Source: Ostreococcus lucimarinus
Taxonomy: Eukaryota
Assembly (NCBI GenBank): GCA_000092065.1
Contig: CP000585.1
Length of the DNA: 64,000 nt
Direction: 5' to 3' (one strand)
The position numbers were made by a program, and so were the translations under genes. Shown here piece after piece: positions 19,894 through 28,299 of this stretch (the first letter of the stretch is position 1; every line of letters begins with the position of its first letter). Under the pieces are notes generated by a model. The model searched no databases. It saw only the letters and a program-made list of their open reading frames with translations, and was not told the origin of the DNA.

Positions 19894-20217
19894 CTACGTC
19901 GCCTTTGCCTTCGCCGCCTGCGCTTGGTCGTACGAAAACCTTCGAAACAGTTGATACGACCCCGTCGCCGCCATCACCATGTTCACCGCCATCAAGTTGT
20001 AGTTCACGGGCGTGATGTCCAGCGCGTACTTGCACCAGATCAATCCCGTGAGCGTCACCGCGCTCTGCTGCGGGACGCTGAGCAATTCGGGCGGGCGCGA
20101 GAAATCCTTCACGTTCGCCGCGGTGATCCCCCATTTCATCGTCGGCGCCCAGAAGAAGATGGTTTTAGGGCCCGCGGGGTGGTTCCAGAATGATCGCGCG
20201 CTCGCGGCGAACGACAT
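19894..20217 (-). CDS. MPC: mitochondrial pyruvate carrier (MPC1/MPC2 family, UPF0041)
   Basis: From the internal ATG the product is 107 aa: MSFAASARSFWNHPAGPKTIFFWAPTMKWGITAANVKDFSRPPELLSVPQQSAVTLTGLIWCKYALDITPVNYNLMAVNMVMAATGSYQLFR. This fits the MPC pattern (FWGP..NWG.P.AA..D....PE.IS...T.AL...S..FMRFA..V.PRNYLL.ACH..N). The longer track ORF (176 aa) has a non-homologous N-terminus. Confidence 0.8.
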   Translation of the reverse strand: MSFAASARSFWNHPAGPKTIFFWAPTMKWGITAANVKDFSRPPELLSVPQQSAVTLTGLIWCKYALDITPVNYNLMAVNMVMAATGSYQLFRRFSYDQAQAAKAKAT

Positions 20218-20353
20218 GGCGAACGCGCCGCGGAATGCGTCGCGGCGGAAACCCCCTGAATGGACTTTTGCGCTGTGTTCCGAACACTGGCTACGTAGAG
20301 CTCGGATGAATGTCGTATCACATGGGTCGTGGTGAAAATCGTCGAGAAGGAAA

Positions 20354-22816
20354 CTAGAGTTTGAGCTGGATGGCGACGCCGGCGTCATCGCGTCGCATGG
20401 TTTTCGTGCAGAGAGGATTTTCATCGAGCGCCGCGTCGGCGGCGGTGTGAACGATGATTTTCGCCTTGAGCGCGGACGCGGCGTTGGCCTTCTTTGCCAA
20501 AGCGATATCCGAGTCGACGTTTGACGGGACGTATTGCGCTACCATGACGGATTCAGTCCACGGCTTGAAGTTCAAGTCGACGTCGCCGTCATCGTAATCG
20601 ACGCGAAACGAATACGTGTGCGGATCGAAGGCGGTAATCGTGCCAGAGTAAAACGCGTTGTCCCGCTGCCACAGCACCACTATCCTCTGGCCTACGGCTT
20701 TGTCCTTGCGAAGCGCTAGTGTGGCGCCGATTTGACCGTGTCTCGCGAGTTCTATGATCTTCATCTGTGCGCACTTTGATTTCATCTTAGAACGACCAGC
20801 CGCGAGCTCCGACTCCGTGCCGGACGAACGCCGCGATCTCGTCTGCGGTTTGCTATCGGCCATAGCCTTGTGCGCTTCGGTGACGCACACGTCACATTCG
20901 TAACATGGCGATGGATCGGTGAAGAGATGTGCGTTGTTACGCTGCACGATTGGGTTGACGGGAGCCTCTAAATTCCTCGCATTGCACCACGCCCGTGCCG
21001 ACTCGACTGACTGCGTAAATTTCGCCTTTGAAGAAAACACAGGTTGTTTCATCGCTTCGCCGTAAAATTTGTCGAACGGATAAACTTCCGACGCTTTAAC
21101 CCATGCGAAGGATCTGCGATCGTCGAAAAAGATCACTAAACGATGATCCTCGGTGAACTTGGGGCTGAAAGCTGCAACACGTGCGCCCTCAGGGATAACG
21201 GCGTGATCCCGAAGCGGATGGAGCGCGACGCATGGCCAGTACATGGTCTTTCCTCGCACAGCTCCTTTCCATTTCACCCACGAGCACTCGCCGTGTGTCG
21301 TCATGCCATGTTCGTCTAAGTCGTTTTCGTTGTTTTCGTCTCGATGTCTCTTTTCCTTTGCAGCCTCTGTTTCTTCGCTCTCCCCCTCGTCTTCATCCGA
21401 ATCGTCGTCGTACTCATTGGCAGCTTGTTCGTCGTCTTCGGCGTCAATGTCTTCTAAAATGTCAATCTTAGACTTCTTTGATGGCGACGGCAGGGTCACT
21501 TGTGTCGAGTCACGCTTGACGTCTAACGCCGCGAGAATCGTCGAGTCAATGTTCTCGTGCGCGAGCTCGAGTCTCCGCAAGTAGCCTTCTCGAAGTTCGT
21601 ACCGCACGGGTTTGTTCTTTGTGAATTCAAGAAAATCGCCGAGCGGTGTGAAACCGCGAATGAGTGGAAACTCTGAAACTTCGTTCGGCGCGCGTTGTCG
21701 ACCTGTCCATTTCGGATCGCCGTTCACGTTGAGCATGTTGTAAGCGGCGAGCGGCCATGCCTTTGAAGATCGATCGCGCGTCGCTGGTCCCGGACACGGC
21801 TTTTCGAATGGCGTCGCCAGCGCATCGTAGGTAAATTTCACGTTGTACGGGCATTTCAACTGCTCGCCAAGCCACCGGCTTTGTGGGACGCTGCACGCCA
21901 GACCTAAGAGACTAAATCTTTTCATCGTTTGTAAATCCGTGTCGAACACCGGCGCTCGTTCGTTGGGACGCATGAGCGGATAGCAGGGTTCCGTATAACC
22001 CGGAGGAAATCCCATCAATCGTTCGGCGTCTTCTATCGCCAACATTGACAACTCAGCCTTTTGCTTTCCGATTTGGGTCGCGACACATGTACGACGTCCG
22101 TTGCTCGTCGTGAAGCAGTGCATGATATCGCAACACGGCGCTCGACGCTTCTCCCCGAGATCTATCGACGCCGAAAACATCTTTGTCGGTACTCGCGGTG
22201 GAGTGATGAAGCACTCGTAACACTCGTTGTTCATTCCCAGCTGGACGCACTCTCCCGAACACATCGCGCTCTGCGACAATAACACGTCTCGGGGATCACC
22301 GTGCAAAGATGCGACGACGAAAACGCGTCGTCGCTTATGAGGCGTCCCAAAGGACAAAAGATCGACGACGCGATACGCCCATCTGTATCCGAGATTTTCC
22401 AATTCATTGACTACGTAATCGATCGCCGGTCTCTGTTCGCCGTCGCTGTGCCACTTCAACAACCCGACGACGTTCTCGAGCAACAGCCACGGCACCCGTC
22501 TCGCCTCGAGCAAGCGAAACACGTGCGAGACGGAACGCGTGGCGCCGCCGAGCTCGAGTCCGGGTCGCTTGAGATTCTCGCAGCTGCAGTCGTTGCACGG
22601 AAACCCAGCGACGACGCAGTCGATGTTTTCGAGCATGAACGGGAGCACCTCCGCCACGTCATTGAGCAGCGCGACGCCCGGAAAGCGCGCCGAGAGGACT
22701 TGCTTGCAGTGGGCGTCGCGCTCTACCATGAGCTCTATGCGGTGGCCGGCTTGCTGGAGACCGAGATCGAGGCCTCCGACTCCGGAGAATAGGGACGCCA
22801 CGCGAAGACTCACCAT
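20354..22816 (-). CDS. DNA (cytosine-5)-methyltransferase with C-terminal PWWP-like and Tudor/Agenet-like reader domains
   Basis: ATG at 22816. Motif I LFSGVGGLDLGL, motif IV GFPCNDCS (Pro-Cys catalytic), motif VI ENV, and motifs IX/X are present. A target-recognition region with a Cys cluster follows, then an acidic linker (DAEDDEQAANEYDDDSDEDEGESEE). GKTMYWPCVALHP...FAWVKASEVYPFD is a PWWP-type aromatic cage. The C-terminus has a Tudor-like beta-barrel (GQRIVVLWQRDNAFYSGTITAFDPHTYSFRVDYDDGDV). Confidence 0.85.
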   Translation of the reverse strand: MVSLRVASLFSGVGGLDLGLQQAGHRIELMVERDAHCKQVLSARFPGVALLNDVAEVLPFMLENIDCVVAGFPCNDCSCENLKRPGLELGGATRSVSHVFRLLEARRVPWLLLENVVGLLKWHSDGEQRPAIDYVVNELENLGYRWAYRVVDLLSFGTPHKRRRVFVVASLHGDPRDVLLSQSAMCSGECVQLGMNNECYECFITPPRVPTKMFSASIDLGEKRRAPCCDIMHCFTTSNGRRTCVATQIGKQKAELSMLAIEDAERLMGFPPGYTEPCYPLMRPNERAPVFDTDLQTMKRFSLLGLACSVPQSRWLGEQLKCPYNVKFTYDALATPFEKPCPGPATRDRSSKAWPLAAYNMLNVNGDPKWTGRQRAPNEVSEFPLIRGFTPLGDFLEFTKNKPVRYELREGYLRRLELAHENIDSTILAALDVKRDSTQVTLPSPSKKSKIDILEDIDAEDDEQAANEYDDDSDEDEGESEETEAAKEKRHRDENNENDLDEHGMTTHGECSWVKWKGAVRGKTMYWPCVALHPLRDHAVIPEGARVAAFSPKFTEDHRLVIFFDDRRSFAWVKASEVYPFDKFYGEAMKQPVFSSKAKFTQSVESARAWCNARNLEAPVNPIVQRNNAHLFTDPSPCYECDVCVTEAHKAMADSKPQTRSRRSSGTESELAAGRSKMKSKCAQMKIIELARHGQIGATLALRKDKAVGQRIVVLWQRDNAFYSGTITAFDPHTYSFRVDYDDGDVDLNFKPWTESVMVAQYVPSNVDSDIALAKKANAASALKAKIIVHTAADAALDENPLCTKTMRRDDAGVAIQLKL

Positions 22817-22976
22817 CTTCGCCGCGTCGCGATGCGTCGAGCGTCGGGGTGTGTGGACGCGATCGCGGTCGCGCGGCGAGACGGGACGACGCCGACGGCG
22901 AGCAAATTCTAAAATACATTAAAAATATGCCTCTCGCTCGCGAAGAAACACACGACAATCTTGTTCTGAATCCTTC

Positions 22977-23607
22977 TTAATCTTGCTCGGAATCCTTCAA
23001 AATTTTGTTGTACAGCGTGGCTTCGTCGCATTCGACGCACTCGTCGATCTCCGCGTTGAGCGAGCAAAATAACTGTTCTCTCAAGATTTCCAAGTTCACG
23101 TCTTCGTACTTCTCCTGGCATCGCTCACCCCCGAGTCCGCGGTTGAAGTAACTGCGCCATCGTTTCAACAACACCACTCTCTGCGCGAGAATTCTCTGCG
23201 CGTGATCACTGCGCCCTTCGGCGAAGAGTTTCTTGATGAACTCGTCGCCTCGGTTCTTATACTCGCTCGCGGCGAAGTTGTACAACCACTTGTACTCCCC
23301 CTTCCCCGGCGACAAATCCGTCTCTTGCATCTGCGCCAGCGTCTCCTTGAGCGCTCGAAACGTAAAGTAGTTCATCAGCAAGCTGTCGACGTCGTTAAAA
23401 CTCTGTTCAGGCGCGCGCGCGTCGCGCATTCCGTCAGTCAATCGCTCGAAAAGTTTAAACTCGCGCACTCGCCATCGTCGAGACGTCGCCGCTACTCACG
23501 TCGCCGTACGCCCCGCCGAGGTCCCCGCGTCGAATGACATCGCGCGCGCGATGCCGCGCGACGCGTCGGGCGGCGAAAATCGGTGTCGCGCGCTTGACGC
23601 ACGACAT
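22977..23607 (-). CDS. RBCX: RbcX (RuBisCO assembly chaperone), two exons: join(23500..23607, 22977..23402), intron ~97 nt
   Basis: Exon 2 encodes SFNDVDSLLMNYFTFRALKETLAQMQETDLSPGKGEYKWLYNFAASEYKNRGDEFIKKLFAE...AQRILAQRVVLLK, which matches RbcX (YLTYQALMTVLAQLGETNP...LWLHTFS....DGEAYVKELF...LALRIMTVRE). The upstream exon MSCVKRATPIFAARRVARHRARDVIRRGDLGGAYGD is a transit peptide ending at a GTGAGT donor. The intron contains TTGACTGACGG and ends GAACAG. Confidence 0.75.
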
Positions 23608-23831
23608 TTTGTGCGGGGTGCCCGCGTCCGTGGTCGACAGTTGAAGGGGCCTCGGCGCCAGCGTGGCTCGAGCGCGACATTCGAGGGATTGCGGTCGGGG
23701 AAGAGGGGATGTGGTATTGAATAGAGCGTAGAATGCTAAAGCGAGAGTGTGCGCGTCATCTCGACGCGCGGGTGGGCGAGAGGAGCGATGACGACGAGAT
23801 CCGCGATCGGGTCTCGGCGACTCGGCGCCGC

Positions 23832-24501
23832 TCACGCGGCGGGCTCGGGCGCGGTCAACGCCGCGTCCGTCGTGATCGTCGACGAGGTCTCCGCCACTTT
23901 GGGCGCGGGTGCGGGCTTATCGGTCGCGGGCATTCTCGCGCTCGTCGCGCGCTTCTCTACCGGTGCCTCTTGTAAGAGATCCACCACCTTGTACACGCCG
24001 AACAAGACCGCCGCTCCGACGGCGAGCGTCACGAGCGTCGTCACGCTCGGTCCCGAGCTTTCCACTACCTCGAAATCCTCTCCCCGAATCGTGTCTTCGC
24101 GCACTTGACCAGAGCGAATCGGGTCACCGCGCGCGTATCGACCCTCCTTCAGCGTCTTACTCTCCGGTCGCGAGCCGTAACTCTCCGGCGCCGTCTCTTT
24201 GCGGCCGTCCGGCAAGCTCTCCACGAGCTTTCCGATTAACCCGCCGAGCTCGGGCTTCTCTTCGCTGCGGTACGCCGAGGAATCTTTCGCCTCGTCTTCC
24301 GAACCGGCGCGTCGGACGATGTGGGCGCCTCGCGCGAGCTGCGAGCGGAAGAATCGGCGTTAATCACTGTCGACGTCATCAAACAACAAACGAGCGTCGC
24401 GCATCGTCGAACGAGCGTACCTGTCGCGCCGCGCGCGGGCATACGGTGGCGGGCGTCTTCGCGGAGACGTTTAAGCGCGCGGTGGCGGTGATGAGAGCCA
24501 T
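23832..24501 (-). CDS. hypothetical plastid-targeted single-pass membrane protein, two exons: join(24421..24501, 23832..24338), intron ~82 nt
   Basis: Exon 1 MALITATARLNVSAKTPATVCPRAARQ ends at a GTACGC donor. The intron ends CTTCCGCTCGCAG. Exon 2 has a soluble region, one TM helix (VTTLVTLAVGAAVLFGVYKVV) and an Ala/Pro-rich tail. No family was recognised. Confidence 0.5.
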
Positions 24502-24709
24502 GTTAAATAAAGGAGCGTCGAACAGTGATGGAGCAGAAGGGACGTGATATCCACTCACTTTATCGCTCCGCTAGCGCGAGACGCGAGACGAGGAGAATCG
24601 CGCGCGACGAGGGCTGATGAATACTCTTGAATTACAGCAAATGAATGATAAATGAACCGCTGCGCGCTAGTGTGTGTGTGTGCATTTGTATGTGTGTCGT
24701 ATCGCTCGA

Positions 24710-27316
24710 TTATTTCGCCGCCGTCCTCGCCGGACCGCTTGCGGGATTAAAGTTACGCTTGAGCGCGTCCCTGTTTCCGCCGAGGAACCGAATGAGGGAG
24801 AAAAGCTCGTCGCGCACGAGCCACGTTCGAACGGCACCACGATCGGCGACAAGACAGCCGATGTTGTGCGATGGGACTTCGAAGGGTGAGTCGAGACGAC
24901 TGAGCGTCGCGATGGTTCGCTCCTTGACAGGCGAGTGGCCGTACACGGTGCTGTGCTTGCCCCAACCAGTGACGACTTGAATCTCTTCAGGCAAGTCGCG
25001 AATGTCGATCGGCATTTCGGACTTATTCTTCAACCCTGATACGAGCGCACGCGTTCCTTTGCCCGCGGCTCGAACGTCGAGCGGTGCCAAAGCGCGTTGA
25101 CGCATTCGGCGCAACCACCAACGTAAGACGCACTGCGCGGTGCCGGCGGAACGAATACGGTGCAGGTCTAAAACACCGAGATCGTCCTCGCATTGGAAGT
25201 GCCCAGCCGCTTGAGCTTGTTCGAGCCACGTCGTTGCGCGATCCCATTGACCCATCTCCTCGCAAACATCGATGAGCGCGTCAAACGTGAGCGCGTTTGG
25301 CACGATCCCTTCACTCGTCATTTGCGTCATCGCCTCGCCCGCCTTTTGCCACTCTTTACGAGCCTCATACGAAATCAATAGCGAGTTGTACGTGTGCACG
25401 GTGCGCGTGACGTCGCTCGTCAGCATGTATTTGAATGTGTCCTCCACCTCGGCGTACTCGTTGTTAACGTGAAGCACTCGGAGCAGGGCGTCGGAAACGA
25501 ACCCTCGCCATCCTGGAACTTCTTCGAGCTCGCGATCGTCGGCGAGCGCGCGTATAAGAACCGGGAGGTTCCCGACTGGACTATCGCTCACGTCGCACGT
25601 GCGTTCGAATTCGGGCAAATCGATGCCCTCCAATTCGGCTCGCTTGATTTCCTCGCGAAGCCTTTCCTCGCGACACGCCTGAAGCTTTTCAATACCGCAC
25701 AAGCAATCGAGTGTGATGGTGTCCGGCGCGAATCCCGAAAGAAGAAGTTCTTTATATATTTTCGTCGCGCGCACCCAGTCACGCTCTGCGCTCGCCTCCA
25801 TCAGGAGCGTGTTGTACGTGACGAGAGTCGATCGCACGCCCTCCGTCTCCATCACTCGTAAAACCCGTTGCGTGCCTTCAAGATTACCCGCCTTGACACA
25901 CGCCCCGAGCGCGCTGTTGAATATCACGGCCGTCGCGTGCAAACGCGGGGCAATGATGACTTGATGCAGGAGCTCGAGAGCCCGATCGATGTTGCCGCTA
26001 TTGCCGTGCGCGGTGATTAACACGCTGTACGTGGTTTCGTTCGGCATGACCCCCGCGCGCTGCATGGATTGGCTCATATTTTCCATGTCACGAATGCGTC
26101 GCTGCCTTCCGAGCGATTGCAACATACCGTTGTATGTCGTCACGTTTCGCCTGACACCTTCCGTTTGCATGCGCTCAAACACGGCGGCGGCGTCCTTGTA
26201 ACGGCCCGAGTTCACCGCGGCAGAGAGCAATGCGTTGTACACACCCGTGTCCAATTGCACGTGCGAGCTCGCAAACAAGCTTTCGAATAACTCGCTCGCC
26301 TTTTCGAATTGTCCGCCCTTGCCGTACGCGCTGATGAGGGACGTGTACACGCGCACGCTCGGGTGCCACGTGGGCCCGCGACCTCTGAAGTCGCGCTTCA
26401 TCTCCTCAAACGTTTGTTCGGCGAGCTTCCACTCAATCGCACGCGCGTACGCCGCGATCACCTCGTGATACGTCTTGGCATCCGGACCCGGGCCGTGCTC
26501 TCGCATCTCGCGCAGCAATCTCGTCGCGTCCGCGCTCGCCGGCGGACGCGAGCGCTTGCACGCTCGCAGCGTCATGTTGTAAAACGCCAGCGGCACCGCC
26601 ACGCCGTTTCGCTCGCCCGCCTTCTTCATCCGCTGCAGCGCCGAAATCGCCTCAGGCGCGTCTCCGGTATCCGCCGCGCGCAGCATCACCGCCCCATCCA
26701 CCGCCCACATCGCGTCGTTCGCGTCCCACGCCGCGCTCGTCGACTTCTCGTCGTCGTCCGACCGCAGCGCTCGCTCGAGCGCGCCGTACGACGACGACAA
26801 CCCACCGTTTCGCCGCCCACTCCCGTTTCCACCCGTCGCGCGTCGCCACCCTCGTCGACCACCGTTCGCCGCGCCATCGAACCCGCTCCCGTCGCCCGCC
26901 GCGTCGAAATCCTCGTCGCCGCTTCGCCGCGTCGTCACCTCACCGCGCGGACCCTCGACGATTTCCAGCCCCTCCCGCGCCCAACCCCGTCGCGTCGCGA
27001 CTCCCGCGTACGCCCGCGTCCCGTTCGACGCCGCCGCGCTCGACCCGTCGTCGTCGTCGTCCTCGTCGCGCGTCGTCTCGTACGACGCGAGCGCGTCGCC
27101 CTCGTCGTCGTCGTCGCGACTCGTCGCTCTGCGGTTTTTACGGCTCGCGCGCGCCGTCACGCGCGCGCCGCGCGTCGCCATCGCCGCGCGCATCGCGCGT
27201 CGCTCGAGCGCGTCCGCGTCGCTCGCGCGTCGCGCCGTCGTCGTCGACGCGCGCGGTCGTCGTCGCGCGGTCGTGCTTCCCACCGGCGCCGTCGCGACGC
27301 CGCCGCGCGTCGCCAT
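24710..27316 (-). CDS. pentatricopeptide-repeat protein with C-terminal Smr domain (PPR-SMR family: GUN1/pTAC2/SVR7/SOT1-like), plastid presequence
   Basis: At least 12 tandem 35-aa PPR motifs (VYTSLISAYGKGGQFEKASELFESL; TYNGMLQSLGRQRRIRDMENMSQSMQRAGVMPNETTYSVLITAHGNSG; and others). The C-terminal Smr domain is LDLHRIRSAGTAQCVLRWWLRRM...VVTGWGKHS. The N-terminus is Ala/Arg-rich with acidic low-complexity stretches. Confidence 0.85.
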   Translation of the reverse strand: MATRGGVATAPVGSTTARRRPRASTTTARRASDADALERRAMRAAMATRGARVTARASRKNRRATSRDDDDEGDALASYETTRDEDDDDDGSSAAASNGTRAYAGVATRRGWAREGLEIVEGPRGEVTTRRSGDEDFDAAGDGSGFDGAANGGRRGWRRATGGNGSGRRNGGLSSSYGALERALRSDDDEKSTSAAWDANDAMWAVDGAVMLRAADTGDAPEAISALQRMKKAGERNGVAVPLAFYNMTLRACKRSRPPASADATRLLREMREHGPGPDAKTYHEVIAAYARAIEWKLAEQTFEEMKRDFRGRGPTWHPSVRVYTSLISAYGKGGQFEKASELFESLFASSHVQLDTGVYNALLSAAVNSGRYKDAAAVFERMQTEGVRRNVTTYNGMLQSLGRQRRIRDMENMSQSMQRAGVMPNETTYSVLITAHGNSGNIDRALELLHQVIIAPRLHATAVIFNSALGACVKAGNLEGTQRVLRVMETEGVRSTLVTYNTLLMEASAERDWVRATKIYKELLLSGFAPDTITLDCLCGIEKLQACREERLREEIKRAELEGIDLPEFERTCDVSDSPVGNLPVLIRALADDRELEEVPGWRGFVSDALLRVLHVNNEYAEVEDTFKYMLTSDVTRTVHTYNSLLISYEARKEWQKAGEAMTQMTSEGIVPNALTFDALIDVCEEMGQWDRATTWLEQAQAAGHFQCEDDLGVLDLHRIRSAGTAQCVLRWWLRRMRQRALAPLDVRAAGKGTRALVSGLKNKSEMPIDIRDLPEEIQVVTGWGKHSTVYGHSPVKERTIATLSRLDSPFEVPSHNIGCLVADRGAVRTWLVRDELFSLIRFLGGNRDALKRNFNPASGPARTAAK

Positions 27317-27491
27317 CGTCGCGTCGCCGCGCGTCGCGGTGCGTCGCGCGAGACTTCGTCGCGTCGCGCGCGCGTCGTCGCCGCGCTCGCGTCGCGTCGC
27401 GCGTCGCGCGCGCGCGTGTGACGCCGCGCCGTCGCCGCCGCCGGGCCGACCGCCTTATCTGCGACCGCGTGTGCGCAAACAGTGAGGACGT

Positions 27492-27648
27492 ACGTATACG
27501 TACCCCAGATGGGTAAAGTGCGCGCTGAATACGTATACGTACCCCAGATGGGTAAAGTGCGCGCTGAATACGTATACGTACCCCAGATGGGTAAAGTGCG
27601 CGCTGAATACGTATACGTACCCCAGATGGGTAAAGTGCGCGCTTGAAT
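27492..27648. repeat. tandem array, 4 x 39 bp (ACGTATACGTACCCCAGATGGGTAAAGTGCGCGCTGAAT), in a bidirectional promoter
   Basis: Four contiguous, essentially identical units (27492, 27531, 27570, 27609). The fourth has a 1-nt insertion. Each unit begins with the perfect 10-bp palindrome ACGTATACGT (ACGT core). It lies between the divergent starts of the PPR-SMR gene (27316, minus) and the lumenal-protein gene (27672, plus). Confidence 0.95.
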
Positions 27649-27671
27649 ACGAGCGGCGCACCGCGACGCGC

Positions 27672-28232
27672 ATGCGCGCGACGCCGCGCGCGCGCGCGCG
27701 CGTCGCGACGCCGCGACGTCGGCGACGACCGCGCGCGGTGACGCCGATCGCGTCGGCGTCGTCGGACGCGCGGCGCGCGACGCGACGCGTCGCGCTGACG
27801 ACGACGGCGATCGCGCTCGCGGCGTTCGGCGACGCGCGCGACGCGCGCGCGCGGCCGCTCGCGGTCGTCGAGGCGCGCGACGCGGTGGCGCGCGACGGCG
27901 GACGGTTTACGTTTGAGATCGAGCTTCCGAGGGGGTATCACTTCACGGAGGGCGCGAACTCGAGGTACGAGACGACGGCGGCGGCGAGCGGGACGAGGGG
28001 CGCGCTGGAGGGCGACGGCGGAGCGAAGAGGACGGTGGTCGTGCGCGCGGCGGAGGGGGTGAACGAGGCGCGCGTGGATTGCGTGGTGTATTTTTGTCGA
28101 ACGGATGACGTGTGCCTGATGCAGCGCGTGCGGTTCGAGGTGCCGGTGGCGACGGGGGGGGCGAGCGAGACGACGGCGGAGTACGTCGTCGCGGCGGAGG
28201 CGAACGACGCGGCGGTGCCGAGTTTTGATTGA
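27672..28232 (+). CDS. hypothetical thylakoid-lumen protein (transit peptide plus twin-arginine signal)
   Basis: ATG at 27672. An Arg/Ala-rich presequence is followed by ATRRVALTTTAIALAAFGDARDARA (RR, hydrophobic core, AxA). The mature ~110-aa domain (FTFEIELPRGYHFTEGANSRYE...VDCVVYFCRTDDVCLMQRVRFEVPV) has no recognised family. Confidence 0.6.
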   Translation: MRATPRARARVATPRRRRRPRAVTPIASASSDARRATRRVALTTTAIALAAFGDARDARARPLAVVEARDAVARDGGRFTFEIELPRGYHFTEGANSRYETTAAASGTRGALEGDGGAKRTVVVRAAEGVNEARVDCVVYFCRTDDVCLMQRVRFEVPVATGGASETTAEYVVAAEANDAAVPSFD

Positions 28233-28299
28233 ATCGCTGCTCTCGTGTTGTATTGTTCGTACATGTGTTAGGTGCGTGATTCGCGCGCGTCGCGTTCGC

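Noticed and set aside
27455-27673. 72-aa minus ORF translating the 39-bp tandem array (HFTHLGYVYVFSA x4), and the possibility that the array is a CRISPR locus
   Set aside because: The peptide is merely the repeat read in frame. Direct contiguous repeats with no unique spacers in a eukaryotic promoter are not CRISPR.
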